DNA of 64,000 nt, taken from NCBI GenBank assembly GCA_964344485.1, contig CAYFNF010000003.1:148467-212466 (forward strand), read 5' to 3'. Made by a program: the position numbers and the translations under genes. The stretch is from an uncultured Gammaproteobacteria bacterium (lineage in GTDB: Bacteria; Patescibacteriota; Patescibacteriia; UBA9570; XYC2-FULL-38-9). This document shows, piece after piece, positions 1-7,327 of this stretch. Below the pieces are notes generated by a model. It saw only the letters and a list, made by a program, of their open reading frames with translations, was not told the DNA's origin and made no database searches. Every line of letters starts with the position of its first letter. Position 1 is the stretch's first letter.

Positions 1-111
1 GCCCAGGAATGTATTCTCGGCAAGCGAAAAATTAACATCCTCTAATACTGGGTGCCCAGTGCTATAGGAGAACTGCACGTCTTGTATGGATACAATTTCT
101 TTAGATGTCAT
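1..111 (-). CDS. ABC transporter ATP-binding protein, N-terminal fragment (gene runs off window start)
   Basis: Minus-strand ATG at 111-109 opens MTSKEIVSIQDVQFSYSTGHPVLEDVNFSLAENTFLG. This is the usual region preceding the Walker A motif of ABC ATPases. The frame is open to position 1. Confidence 0.5.
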   Translation of the reverse strand, partial: MTSKEIVSIQDVQFSYSTGHPVLEDVNFSLAENTFLG

Positions 112-161
112 GGTAAATAGTATAGCACGTCTGGAAGAGTTGTGGCTCAGCGTGCAGGAGG

Positions 162-791
162 TTACTTCTTTTTTGCGGGTATGTTGTAGGTATAAACTTT
201 GTTGCGTAGTTTCTCTAGCTTCATCATCTGTTTTGGCGTGAGTTTCTCAAAGTATCGTCGGAATGGACGAATGGCATTACTGTGAGTGACCACCAACACA
301 TTCACTTGCTCTCGCCGCATATATTTTTCAAGATCCTTAATAAATGAATATACCCGCTTTTCAACTTGTTTCATGCTCTCTCCGCCTGGAGGTGGCACAT
401 CATAGGAACGGTGATAGATCGGAAATATCTCTGGATGCTCTCGCGCATACTTATCCTTATTCTTCTTAGTGAGCTTCCCATAATCTCGCTCGATAATCCG
501 TGGATCAACCAATACAGGTGTGTCTGGATGATGCTTAAGGATGAGCTTGCACGTATGCTTGGTTCTGACGAGTGGGGAGTGAAACGCCACATCGATTTTT
601 TTTGCTTGCAATTTCTTAGCCAATGCTTTTGCTTGTTTCACACCATTGGGTGTCAGGCGTAAATTAGACCAACCAGAAAAAAAGCGACGCTTATTATGAA
701 ACGACTCTGTATGCGTTACTACATATAGTTTGTGGTTCTTGTTGTTTGCGCGCATAGTTGTTCTTTTTTTACTCATACTAATATAAGGCAA
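162..791 (-). CDS. Histidine phosphatase superfamily protein (phosphoglycerate mutase-like)
   Basis: 209-aa ORF. LYVVTHTES..FSGWSN..LTPNGVKQAKALAKKL aligns with the RHGES..F.GW.D..L...G..QA core, and the C-terminal VLVVTHSNAIRPF is the second His motif. The RHG Arg and Gly are both Thr here (THT). The start could also be M6 or M13. Confidence 0.65.
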   Translation of the reverse strand: MPYISMSKKRTTMRANNKNHKLYVVTHTESFHNKRRFFSGWSNLRLTPNGVKQAKALAKKLQAKKIDVAFHSPLVRTKHTCKLILKHHPDTPVLVDPRIIERDYGKLTKKNKDKYAREHPEIFPIYHRSYDVPPPGGESMKQVEKRVYSFIKDLEKYMRREQVNVLVVTHSNAIRPFRRYFEKLTPKQMMKLEKLRNKVYTYNIPAKKK

Positions 792-1248
792 ACGGGCCTG
801 CTAATCGGATGTCGCCCGAGCTAATTCCATCAACAATGTAGTATTGGTCATTGCAGATAACTGCATAGCGGAACACCCATACCCCGTCTTCAACAGATCC
901 TTGGTAGAATCGAAAGAACTCCCGTTGCTCTGCTTCAATTTCTGGTTCCTGGCACTCGAATGAAGGGTTCATACCAATGAGGTTCTGCGTCAATACAATA
1001 CCATCTTCATAGTAACCGGTCATATCAACACCAACAAATCGATCTTCAGGTATCTGTTCACGCTGCGACGTATAGGAAAAAAAGCTATGCACAGAACTCT
1101 TCCACCAAAGGACACTGCTAGTTAGTACCACCGCGAGAAAAAACACAAGAATCAACACCGCCCACAGTTTTGGGTGGCTACTCTGATCTGGGTCAGTAGG
1201 TATTTCGCTGTTAACGTGAGGCTGGTGGTTCATAATTAATCGATCCAA
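778..1248 (-). CDS. Hypothetical membrane-anchored protein
   Basis: 156-aa ORF with one TM segment (LWAVLILVFFLAVVLTSSVLWW). It overlaps both neighbouring genes by a few nt, an operon-style arrangement. No recognisable domain. Confidence 0.5.
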   Translation of the reverse strand: MDRLIMNHQPHVNSEIPTDPDQSSHPKLWAVLILVFFLAVVLTSSVLWWKSSVHSFFSYTSQREQIPEDRFVGVDMTGYYEDGIVLTQNLIGMNPSFECQEPEIEAEQREFFRFYQGSVEDGVWVFRYAVICNDQYYIVDGISSGDIRLAGPFALY

Positions 1249-1484
1249 TATTTAAGGTCTCCGAGCTCATCGTCTTCTTCATCGTCATCGTCAGTGAGAA
1301 TCTCTTGCACTCGACCGACCTGCCCGCTTTCTAGACGAACTTTGATACCGCGCGGATGCACTGCTTTACTAGTGAGAATATCCTTCACAATCCCGTGCGT
1401 TCTCTTGCCTGTTCGCTGGTCTTTTTTTAGTACGATCTCCACTTCATCACCAGCAGAGATATCTTGTCGTTGTGTGCCGTCCAT
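1236..1484 (-). CDS. YwbE family small protein (DUF2196)
   Basis: The 82-aa ORF contains EVEIVLKKDQRTGKRTHGIVKDILTSKAVHPRGIKVRLESGQVGRVQEI. This closely follows the conserved YwbE core and is followed by an acidic tail. Confidence 0.75.
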   Translation of the reverse strand: MDGTQRQDISAGDEVEIVLKKDQRTGKRTHGIVKDILTSKAVHPRGIKVRLESGQVGRVQEILTDDDDEEDDELGDLKYWID

Positions 1485-1575
1485 ATCCTGATCATACTGG
1501 ATTTAAGTGAAAATGCAAACGGTTTTGCTGTTATTATCGCTCGCTCACAGTCGCGGTTTGTGATACAATTCTTTC

Positions 1576-2040
1576 ATGAACCAATATATGAACATTGCGG
1601 TTAAAGAGGCGTTTCAAGGTATTCGTGCTGGACACGGAGGGCCGTTTGGAGCAGTAATTGTCTGTAATGGAGAAGTGATAGCACAGGACCATAACCGCGT
1701 GTTAGAAAGCAACGATCCATCAGCGCACGCAGAGATGTTAGTCATTCGACAAGCTGCGCAGAAACTAAATCGCTATGACCTCTCAGACTGTGAGCTCTAC
1801 GCTTCGTGCGAACCGTGCCCGATGTGTTTTGCAGTTATACACTGGGCGAAAATCACACAATGTTACTACGGCTGCACACGAGAAGACGCTGCACGCTCAC
1901 AGTTTGATGACAAGTACTTATACGATGTGATAAAAGGCACTACTACAGAACTGCGCGTGACCATGGAGCAGATGGACCATGACGCCTGCATCAAGCCGTT
2001 CCAAGAGTGGGACCAGATGGAAGATCGGGAGCAGTATTAA
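1576..2040 (+). CDS. guaD: Guanine deaminase (CDA-fold, GuaD-type)
   Basis: 154 aa. The GGPFGAVIV, DPSAHAEM and CEPCPMC zinc motifs plus the C-terminal FDDKYLYDVI follow the Bacillus GuaD layout rather than TadA (which has VPVGAV). An extended -10 box TGATACAAT at 1561-1569 lies 6 nt before the ATG. Confidence 0.75.
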   Translation: MNQYMNIAVKEAFQGIRAGHGGPFGAVIVCNGEVIAQDHNRVLESNDPSAHAEMLVIRQAAQKLNRYDLSDCELYASCEPCPMCFAVIHWAKITQCYYGCTREDAARSQFDDKYLYDVIKGTTTELRVTMEQMDHDACIKPFQEWDQMEDREQY

Positions 2041-2132
2041 GTGAAGAACACTTTTAGAAAATGGTCGTAGCGAGACTTGAAAGGGAACGTATAGCGCAAA
2101 GGCACTTTTTATATATTATTACGAATGACCGC

Positions 2133-2651
2133 TTAACACTCCACGAGCTTGCTGTAAGTGGATCCAGTATGCGTAATATGTGATTCGTATAAGGCAATTT
2201 TTTGTGCAGTCATCTCCCATTCCACGTCCTGATGAAATGCAGAGTAATCGTATCCAGGTTGCAGCGGTTTTGTACAGCGCCCTAATGTGATGTGCGGTTT
2301 TAAGCTGCGGTGACTAGGTTTATCGAGTGCTTCTTCTACTAGCTCTTTCATTGCATAGATCTCTGGTGTTGCTGTGCCCGTTGCCCAGAGCAACCGAGGG
2401 TTACGGGGTGTTGGACCGAATTCAACAGCAGTAAAACGCAACGCGCAGGGCTGTACGGCTCCACGAATCTGCTCCATCATACTCACTACTTCTAACTCTT
2501 CGCGCTCCTCCCACGGTGGAATCAGCGTAATATGAAGATCACTGCTTCGTAACCAGCGCACTGGTAGGCTGGAAACATTTTTTTCCCACTCAACAATTTG
2601 TTGTTCTAAGTCTGATGATATCGGAATCCCGACAAATAATCGTTTTTGCAT
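2133..2651 (-). CDS. thpR: RNA 2',3'-cyclic phosphodiesterase / 2'-5' RNA ligase family (2H phosphoesterase)
   Basis: 172 aa with the two H-x-T-x motifs of the 2H family (LHITLIPP and PHITLGR) at the expected spacing. Confidence 0.8.
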   Translation of the reverse strand: MQKRLFVGIPISSDLEQQIVEWEKNVSSLPVRWLRSSDLHITLIPPWEEREELEVVSMMEQIRGAVQPCALRFTAVEFGPTPRNPRLLWATGTATPEIYAMKELVEEALDKPSHRSLKPHITLGRCTKPLQPGYDYSAFHQDVEWEMTAQKIALYESHITHTGSTYSKLVEC

Positions 2652-2663
2652 GACTGTATATTA

Positions 2664-3467
2664 TTACACAGCGATGTCTCGTTTCTGGAATACCCACGCT
2701 CCTATTATCGTACACACGACGGCTGCGATAGAAAAAACTACGAGAGAAGTGAAGTTAAATTCATTCTGTGTCATCGCAGCAGCATGATCGTAATAGTAGA
2801 AGAACGAGATGTACTGTAAGTTTTCTGCTTTTTCAATAAGCGCCGCAGCGATATTGGCAACGTACATGAGAAACAGAATCGCCCCACAAAACATATACGC
2901 TCGACTGCGTTCTGAAGAGATCGCAGAGAACATACTTGCCATACTAAACACCGCCCAACCGAGTAACATGGAAAGCGCTGCGATCTTTACATGGGGCCCA
3001 ATATGATACTCCACACCATGAAACTGAACAAAGAGAATCACTGAAAACACCGATGCATTGACGAACACTGCTATGGCTACTAGCCCCGCGATGTAGCGTC
3101 CGAAATATAATCGTAGTCGCGATATAGGTTTTGCTAGGATATGCTCAATGGTCCCTTTCTCTACTTCACGCGCAAGTGTTGCTCCAGCAAATGAAACCAC
3201 GAAGAAGATCACCATCAGCGGCATAATGATGCTGTAATTCTCAACATCCAGGAAATTCTCCAGCGTTTCAAAACTGATGTCCTCAATGTCAAACATCTTC
3301 ATCATCGCTTCTGGGTAGTTCTCGACCATCTTTTGAAACTCCTCAGCTTGATCTAGAAACGAAGGATAGATCGCAACAAACATCCAGGTAAACAACATGC
3401 CAGCAAAACAGTAGGCCAGGATGGATGTCTTTTTATCTATGAGGGTTCTGATGATTATTTGAAACAT
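2664..3467 (-). CDS. ABC-2 type transporter permease
   Basis: 267-aa polytopic membrane ORF with about 6 TM segments. Its start lies 1 nt after the stop of the upstream ABC ATPase gene. Confidence 0.7.
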   Translation of the reverse strand: MFQIIIRTLIDKKTSILAYCFAGMLFTWMFVAIYPSFLDQAEEFQKMVENYPEAMMKMFDIEDISFETLENFLDVENYSIIMPLMVIFFVVSFAGATLAREVEKGTIEHILAKPISRLRLYFGRYIAGLVAIAVFVNASVFSVILFVQFHGVEYHIGPHVKIAALSMLLGWAVFSMASMFSAISSERSRAYMFCGAILFLMYVANIAAALIEKAENLQYISFFYYYDHAAAMTQNEFNFTSLVVFSIAAVVCTIIGAWVFQKRDIAV

Positions 3468-3468
3468 A

Positions 3469-4338
3469 CTAGGAATAGAATTCTAAGAATATATCTTCAA
3501 GATTTGCGTGAGTAATTTCCACATCATCGAATTGATAGTTGCATAGTTTGTCTAGGAGCGGATTGATGTCGCCTTTTACTGTCATCTCTAAACCATTAGT
3601 GATCTGTTGAACAGATGAAATGCCGTCACCCTGAAAGTCGCTTTGTGGTAGCTCTTGTTTTGAAAACAAACGCACCGTGTACATGAGCTTCTCTTTAATG
3701 GACGAAACACTTTCCACCGCCACCATCTTGCCTTGCTTTATTATTCCAATGCGGTCGCAGACACGTTCGACCTCCCGTAAGTTATGCGACGACATAAAGA
3801 TGGTCGCGCCGCGTGCACGTGCTTCTTCCAATAAGTCGTATACTTCGTTTTGCAGTATTGGATCCAGGGCGTTTGTGGGTTCGTCAAATATCAAGACATC
3901 GGGTTCGTTCATCATGGCTAAAATAATGCCGAGCTTCTGCCTGTTACCAGACGAGAGTTTCTTTGCTTTCAGGGACGTATCGAAGTCTAAACGTTTCACT
4001 AGCTGATCTGCGACATTGGTTTTGCCGTTCAGTTTACTGAAGAAATCTATATGTGTTTTACCCGTCCATTTATCGTAGAGCCGTACTGTACCCGAGAGGT
4101 AACCGACCTGATGCTTTAATGCAACAGATTCTTTTTGAGCGTTTTTATCAAGGATAGATATCTCTCCTTTAGTTGGACGGATATAATCCATCATACAGCG
4201 AATGGTAGTGGTCTTCCCTGCTCCGTTCGGACCAAGGAATCCGAAGATCTCTCCTTTTTCTACTTGAAAAGAGATACCGTCGACAGCTTTAATTTTGCCG
4301 AAGTGCTTATGAAGATCTGATAGTGATATAACGCTCAT
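3469..4338 (-). CDS. ABC transporter ATP-binding protein
   Basis: Walker A GPNGAGKTT, signature LSSGNRQK, Walker B VLIFDEPT, H-loop SSHN. A TATAGT box at 4348-4353 lies 9 nt upstream of the ATG. Confidence 0.9.
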   Translation of the reverse strand: MSVISLSDLHKHFGKIKAVDGISFQVEKGEIFGFLGPNGAGKTTTIRCMMDYIRPTKGEISILDKNAQKESVALKHQVGYLSGTVRLYDKWTGKTHIDFFSKLNGKTNVADQLVKRLDFDTSLKAKKLSSGNRQKLGIILAMMNEPDVLIFDEPTNALDPILQNEVYDLLEEARARGATIFMSSHNLREVERVCDRIGIIKQGKMVAVESVSSIKEKLMYTVRLFSKQELPQSDFQGDGISSVQQITNGLEMTVKGDINPLLDKLCNYQFDDVEITHANLEDIFLEFYS

Positions 4339-4389
4339 ACTGTGGGTACTATAACAAAAAAATGAATTAAAAAAAAGGGCGATCTGGAA

Positions 4390-4896
4390 CTACACGGTGT
4401 CGCGGAAGGTCTCTTGCGGCTGATCGATCCACGGGCACTCACCGCTGGCGTCTGTTGCCACGAACTGCGCGTGGACGTCCGGTTCGACCGTTGAGGTCTG
4501 CTTGTGCCACAGGACAGCGAGCGTGATCTCGTCGCGTGGGATACTCTCCCAGTCAGCAAGCCACTGCAGGGTGCGTTCCGTGGTCAGACCCGAGTCCGTC
4601 AGGTCATCGACCAGAATCACTCCAGCGCGCCGAAGCGGTTTGGCTGAAGTGAGGTCGCGGCTGAGCATGACCTCGCGCTGCTTCTGGTCCCCGTCCGGGT
4701 AGCTGGAGACCGAGAGCACGGCCAGCGGAAGACCGAGCGTACGAGCGATCAGCTCACCGGGCAGCATGCCGCCCTTGGCGATGCAGATCACCTGCTGGAA
4801 CTCGATTCCGCTCTCGCGAAGCTTCCGGATCAGGGTCCGGACCAGCTCGAAGTATGCGTCCCAGGTCACGTGTATTCGCGGGTGTTCGTCTGACAT
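4390..4896 (-). CDS. gpt: Xanthine-guanine phosphoribosyltransferase-like PRTase (high-GC island A)
   Basis: IHVTWDAYFELVRTLIRKL, ICIAKGGMLPGELIARTLGLP, SVSSY, PRPP motif VILVDDLTDSGLT and PWIDQP parallel E. coli Gpt block by block. GGAGGA lies 10 nt upstream of the ATG at 4896; the ORF-track start at 4914 is an alternative. Line 4441-4500 has 39/60 G+C. Confidence 0.75.
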   Translation of the reverse strand: MSDEHPRIHVTWDAYFELVRTLIRKLRESGIEFQQVICIAKGGMLPGELIARTLGLPLAVLSVSSYPDGDQKQREVMLSRDLTSAKPLRRAGVILVDDLTDSGLTTERTLQWLADWESIPRDEITLAVLWHKQTSTVEPDVHAQFVATDASGECPWIDQPQETFRDTV

Positions 4897-4975
4897 GATG
4901 GTTCCGTCCTCCAATTAGTTTTGCCCGTTTCTATTGTACAACAAAAACAGTTTTTTTAGTATGTAGGGCTATAAA

Positions 4976-5893
4976 TTAATTTACCGTATAATCTGCGAAC
5001 TCGGGCTCTCGGATGAATTCAACATGAGCCAGGTTGCCGACTCCTGTTTCCTGGTCCTGACGAATCATGCGCTCTAGATGTGGAATAATGCTCTCTGGAT
5101 AAAAACGAATCGCGCTTAAACTATTTCTCAGCACATCGGATAAACGCACAGTTGCGTTTCCGGTCTCTTGAAAAGAAGGATCAATATGCTGGATTAATTG
5201 TTCGAGTAAACCGCGGAGGTGAGCCTCTGCTCGTCGCATGTTTTCCACTTCATCGTCTCGTAATTGTATTTTTCCACTATGTATCAATTCCATAATATGA
5301 CTGGAAAGAACACCGAATAGATGTGGATTCTCCATTTCAAGTTTATAGTAGCGATGAGATCCACCTTGTTCATCAGTAACCAAGAACTGTATTTCATCCA
5401 TAGGGTACTCTCTGACTCCTGCTTTGCTCATCAAGTTTGGCATTGCGAGAACACGATCCTGGTCCCCAATGCTTGCAGTGAGCTCTTTGACTAGTCGATC
5501 AATCTCAGGAGCAGAACGATCCAATACAGTTGTGCGGTCCCCAGAATACTCCGTGCCAGGTTGTTCTCGTTGAATGACAAGCTTTCGATCAAGCACCGCG
5601 TTGTTCACCGTACGCCCAACAAAGTAATCTACTTGTGTTCTATCCAACGTACGTAGTAAGCTCGTGCGGTTATAACGCTTTCCTAGTGTTGGTGTTCGTA
5701 GCTGATCATACGTACCTTGCGAGAACTCCCGTTGCGGTTCACGTGTGAGTAAATGCTGTAGGTATCGCTCGGAACGTTCGACTGTTTGTCCTTCTTTTAG
5801 TTTCTCTTCTCTCAACCGCGCAACAAAACCTGGATCATCGCGTAAGCGCGGATCTTGCCATCCTCCCCTTTGATATAACGGCCTACCTGGCAT
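4976..5893 (-). CDS. Hypothetical protein (305 aa)
   Basis: Long ORF of backbone composition with no signal peptide or TM segment and no domain I recognise. A TATAAT box at 5900-5905 lies 6 nt upstream of the ATG. Confidence 0.55.
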   Translation of the reverse strand: MPGRPLYQRGGWQDPRLRDDPGFVARLREEKLKEGQTVERSERYLQHLLTREPQREFSQGTYDQLRTPTLGKRYNRTSLLRTLDRTQVDYFVGRTVNNAVLDRKLVIQREQPGTEYSGDRTTVLDRSAPEIDRLVKELTASIGDQDRVLAMPNLMSKAGVREYPMDEIQFLVTDEQGGSHRYYKLEMENPHLFGVLSSHIMELIHSGKIQLRDDEVENMRRAEAHLRGLLEQLIQHIDPSFQETGNATVRLSDVLRNSLSAIRFYPESIIPHLERMIRQDQETGVGNLAHVEFIREPEFADYTVN

Positions 5894-5943
5894 TGTTGTA
5901 TTATACTACTATCTGTCTCTATTCTGGGTCTGAATTACTGCTT

Positions 5944-5980
5944 TGTCAATATTGACAGCTTTTACTACGTGATATATAGT
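5944..5980 (+). promoter_or_regulatory. Sigma70-like promoter TTGACA-17-TATAGT, with its -35 inside a 14-bp palindrome
   Basis: TTGACA at 5952-5957, a 17-nt spacer, and TATAGT at 5975-5980. TGTCAATATTGACA (5944-5957) is a perfect palindrome that places a second TTGACA on the minus strand. Confidence 0.5.
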
Positions 5981-5989
5981 ACTCGCAAC

Positions 5990-6040
5990 ATGAAGAACCA
6001 CGTATACAACGCTACAGTAACAACTACCCACCTTATGTGA
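5990..6040 (+). other. Mini-ORF (16 codons, MKNHVYNATVTTTHLM) or small RNA within a promoter-terminator unit
   Basis: The ATG is 9 nt after the TATAGT box, the same leaderless geometry as real genes here. There is no SD. The unit is followed by the terminator at 6070-6092. Confidence 0.3.
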
Positions 6041-6069
6041 GGCGTTGTTTAGTTTGTATCAATACCCTA

Positions 6070-6092
6070 GCGCCTCACTCGAGGCGCTTTTT
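6070..6092 (+). terminator. Intrinsic terminator
   Basis: GCGCCTC-ACTC-GAGGCGC (7-bp GC-rich stem) followed by TTTTT. Confidence 0.65.
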
Positions 6093-6107
6093 GATTATTT
6101 ATTCATT

Positions 6108-6235
6108 ATGAACTTTCTCTTTTTTCAATCAACTACTACACCGTTATTGCTCTTCTTCCTCACTGGAACAGTGCCGTAATTAGTGTTGTGTAGTTGAAAG
6201 GAAGAAGAGCGCGGTCCGAATGGGCCGTGTTTTTG
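6108..6235 (+). promoter_or_regulatory. Structured leader upstream of the carboxylate-amine ligase gene: mini-ORF, long-range helix, inner hairpin and a second terminator
   Basis: A 23-codon ORF spans 6108-6179 (MNFLFFQSTTTPLLLFFLTGTVP). A perfect 12-bp inverted repeat pairs GCTCTTCTTCCT (6149-6160) with AGGAAGAAGAGC (6199-6210). An inner hairpin CACTG-GAA-CAGTG lies at 6161-6173. CAACTAC (6130-6136) is complementary to GTAGTTG (6190-6196). Terminator CGCGGTCC-GAAT-GGGCCGTG plus TTTTT lies at 6210-6235. Confidence 0.45.
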
Positions 6236-6263
6236 TTCTTTTGAATGTAAAGGAGGAATTCCA

Positions 6264-7232
6264 ATGTATGGAATTGAAGCAGAGTATCTGATGACGAGTC
6301 ATCGCATCCAAGATGTGCTCAAGCTGCAGCTCCCGGGCGTGACCGCCGAGTTCTTCGACTTCATGGTCGAGATCATCACGGATCCGCACGCGCGTGCACG
6401 TCAGGCTGTGGACCAGCTGGAGCGTCGGGTGCAAAGAATGCGTCGACGAGGTGTGGAGCTCGAGCAGTGGGCGTCCTTCCCGGACCGAGTTCAGCCGATT
6501 ACGTTCACGGACGTGGTCGCAGACAGCCCGTACTACCGCTGGGTCTATGACCAAGCGTGTAGATTCACGGGTCATGAGCCGCTGGACCTGCACCATGTGG
6601 GCATGCACCTGAACTACTCGTGCTCGGACATGAGCGAAAACGAGCTGGTGCACGCGGTGAACTGGTGTCGGTGCATGAACTTCTTGTTCATCCTGTTCTC
6701 AGCAAACTCACCGTTCCAGAATGGGCAGTCCTGCGGGCTACTGTCACGACGGTCATATCAGTACCCCAACCGATACGACGTCCCGCTGTGGGAAAGCGCC
6801 GTCGCGTTCAAGCGCTGGATCCAGGAGCAAGAAGCGTTGTATCGCATCTACCCTGGAAAAGGTCGCTGCTGGATGACGGTCTGCCCGCGCTTAGAGGATA
6901 ATGATTTCCGCAAACCGATTCAACGGATCGAACTGCGATCGTTAGACTCAGGCACCAATGTCCGCTTCGGTGTTGTGCACGGGTGCTGCAAGCTACTCGA
7001 GCGCATTGTCTTGCGCGCACGCCAAGGAGCGCCCCTGCCAGCGCAACTGAACGAACTGCAGCACAACGATCGAGAGGTCTCGCGGCTCGGAGCAAGCGCA
7101 TGGGTACGCTTGAATGGGCAAGAGTTCTGCGTGCAGCAGCTCGCTGAACAATGGGCAGCGGGTATCGACACGCTGGAGCAGATATTAACGCACGGATGCG
7201 CAGCACAATCGTCCTTGCGCTACTGCGTTTAA
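6264..7232 (+). CDS. Carboxylate-amine ligase, glutamate-cysteine ligase family 2 (YbdK-like) (high-GC island B)
   Basis: The N-terminal YGIEAEYLM and EFFDFMVEIITDP..ARQAVDQLERRV follow the GCS2 pattern (G-x-E-x-E, then E...E..T.P with a helical region). At 322 aa it is shorter than typical YbdK. AAAGGAGG lies 7 nt upstream of the ATG. Line 6361-6420 has 38/60 G+C. Confidence 0.65.
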   Translation: MYGIEAEYLMTSHRIQDVLKLQLPGVTAEFFDFMVEIITDPHARARQAVDQLERRVQRMRRRGVELEQWASFPDRVQPITFTDVVADSPYYRWVYDQACRFTGHEPLDLHHVGMHLNYSCSDMSENELVHAVNWCRCMNFLFILFSANSPFQNGQSCGLLSRRSYQYPNRYDVPLWESAVAFKRWIQEQEALYRIYPGKGRCWMTVCPRLEDNDFRKPIQRIELRSLDSGTNVRFGVVHGCCKLLERIVLRARQGAPLPAQLNELQHNDREVSRLGASAWVRLNGQEFCVQQLAEQWAAGIDTLEQILTHGCAAQSSLRYCV

Positions 7233-7327
7233 CTCTCTGCAACACAAAGAGAACATGGTCTAGTATGAGCCACACATCATACTTTTTTTCTTTCTTCTAA
7301 ACTGCGCCTACGAATAATAAAACGGTA

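Noticed and set aside
4335-4702. ORFs 4335-4559 (-) and 4502-4702 (+) inside the PRTase island.
   Set aside because: They overlap the well-supported PRTase frame and are R/S-rich shadow frames.
6180-7275. Antisense and alternative-frame ORFs within the ligase gene (6180-6653, 6394-6612, 6620-6901, 6808-7275, 6920-7171).
   Set aside because: They are shadow ORFs of a high-GC gene. Only the 6264-7232 frame has an RBS and recognisable family motifs.
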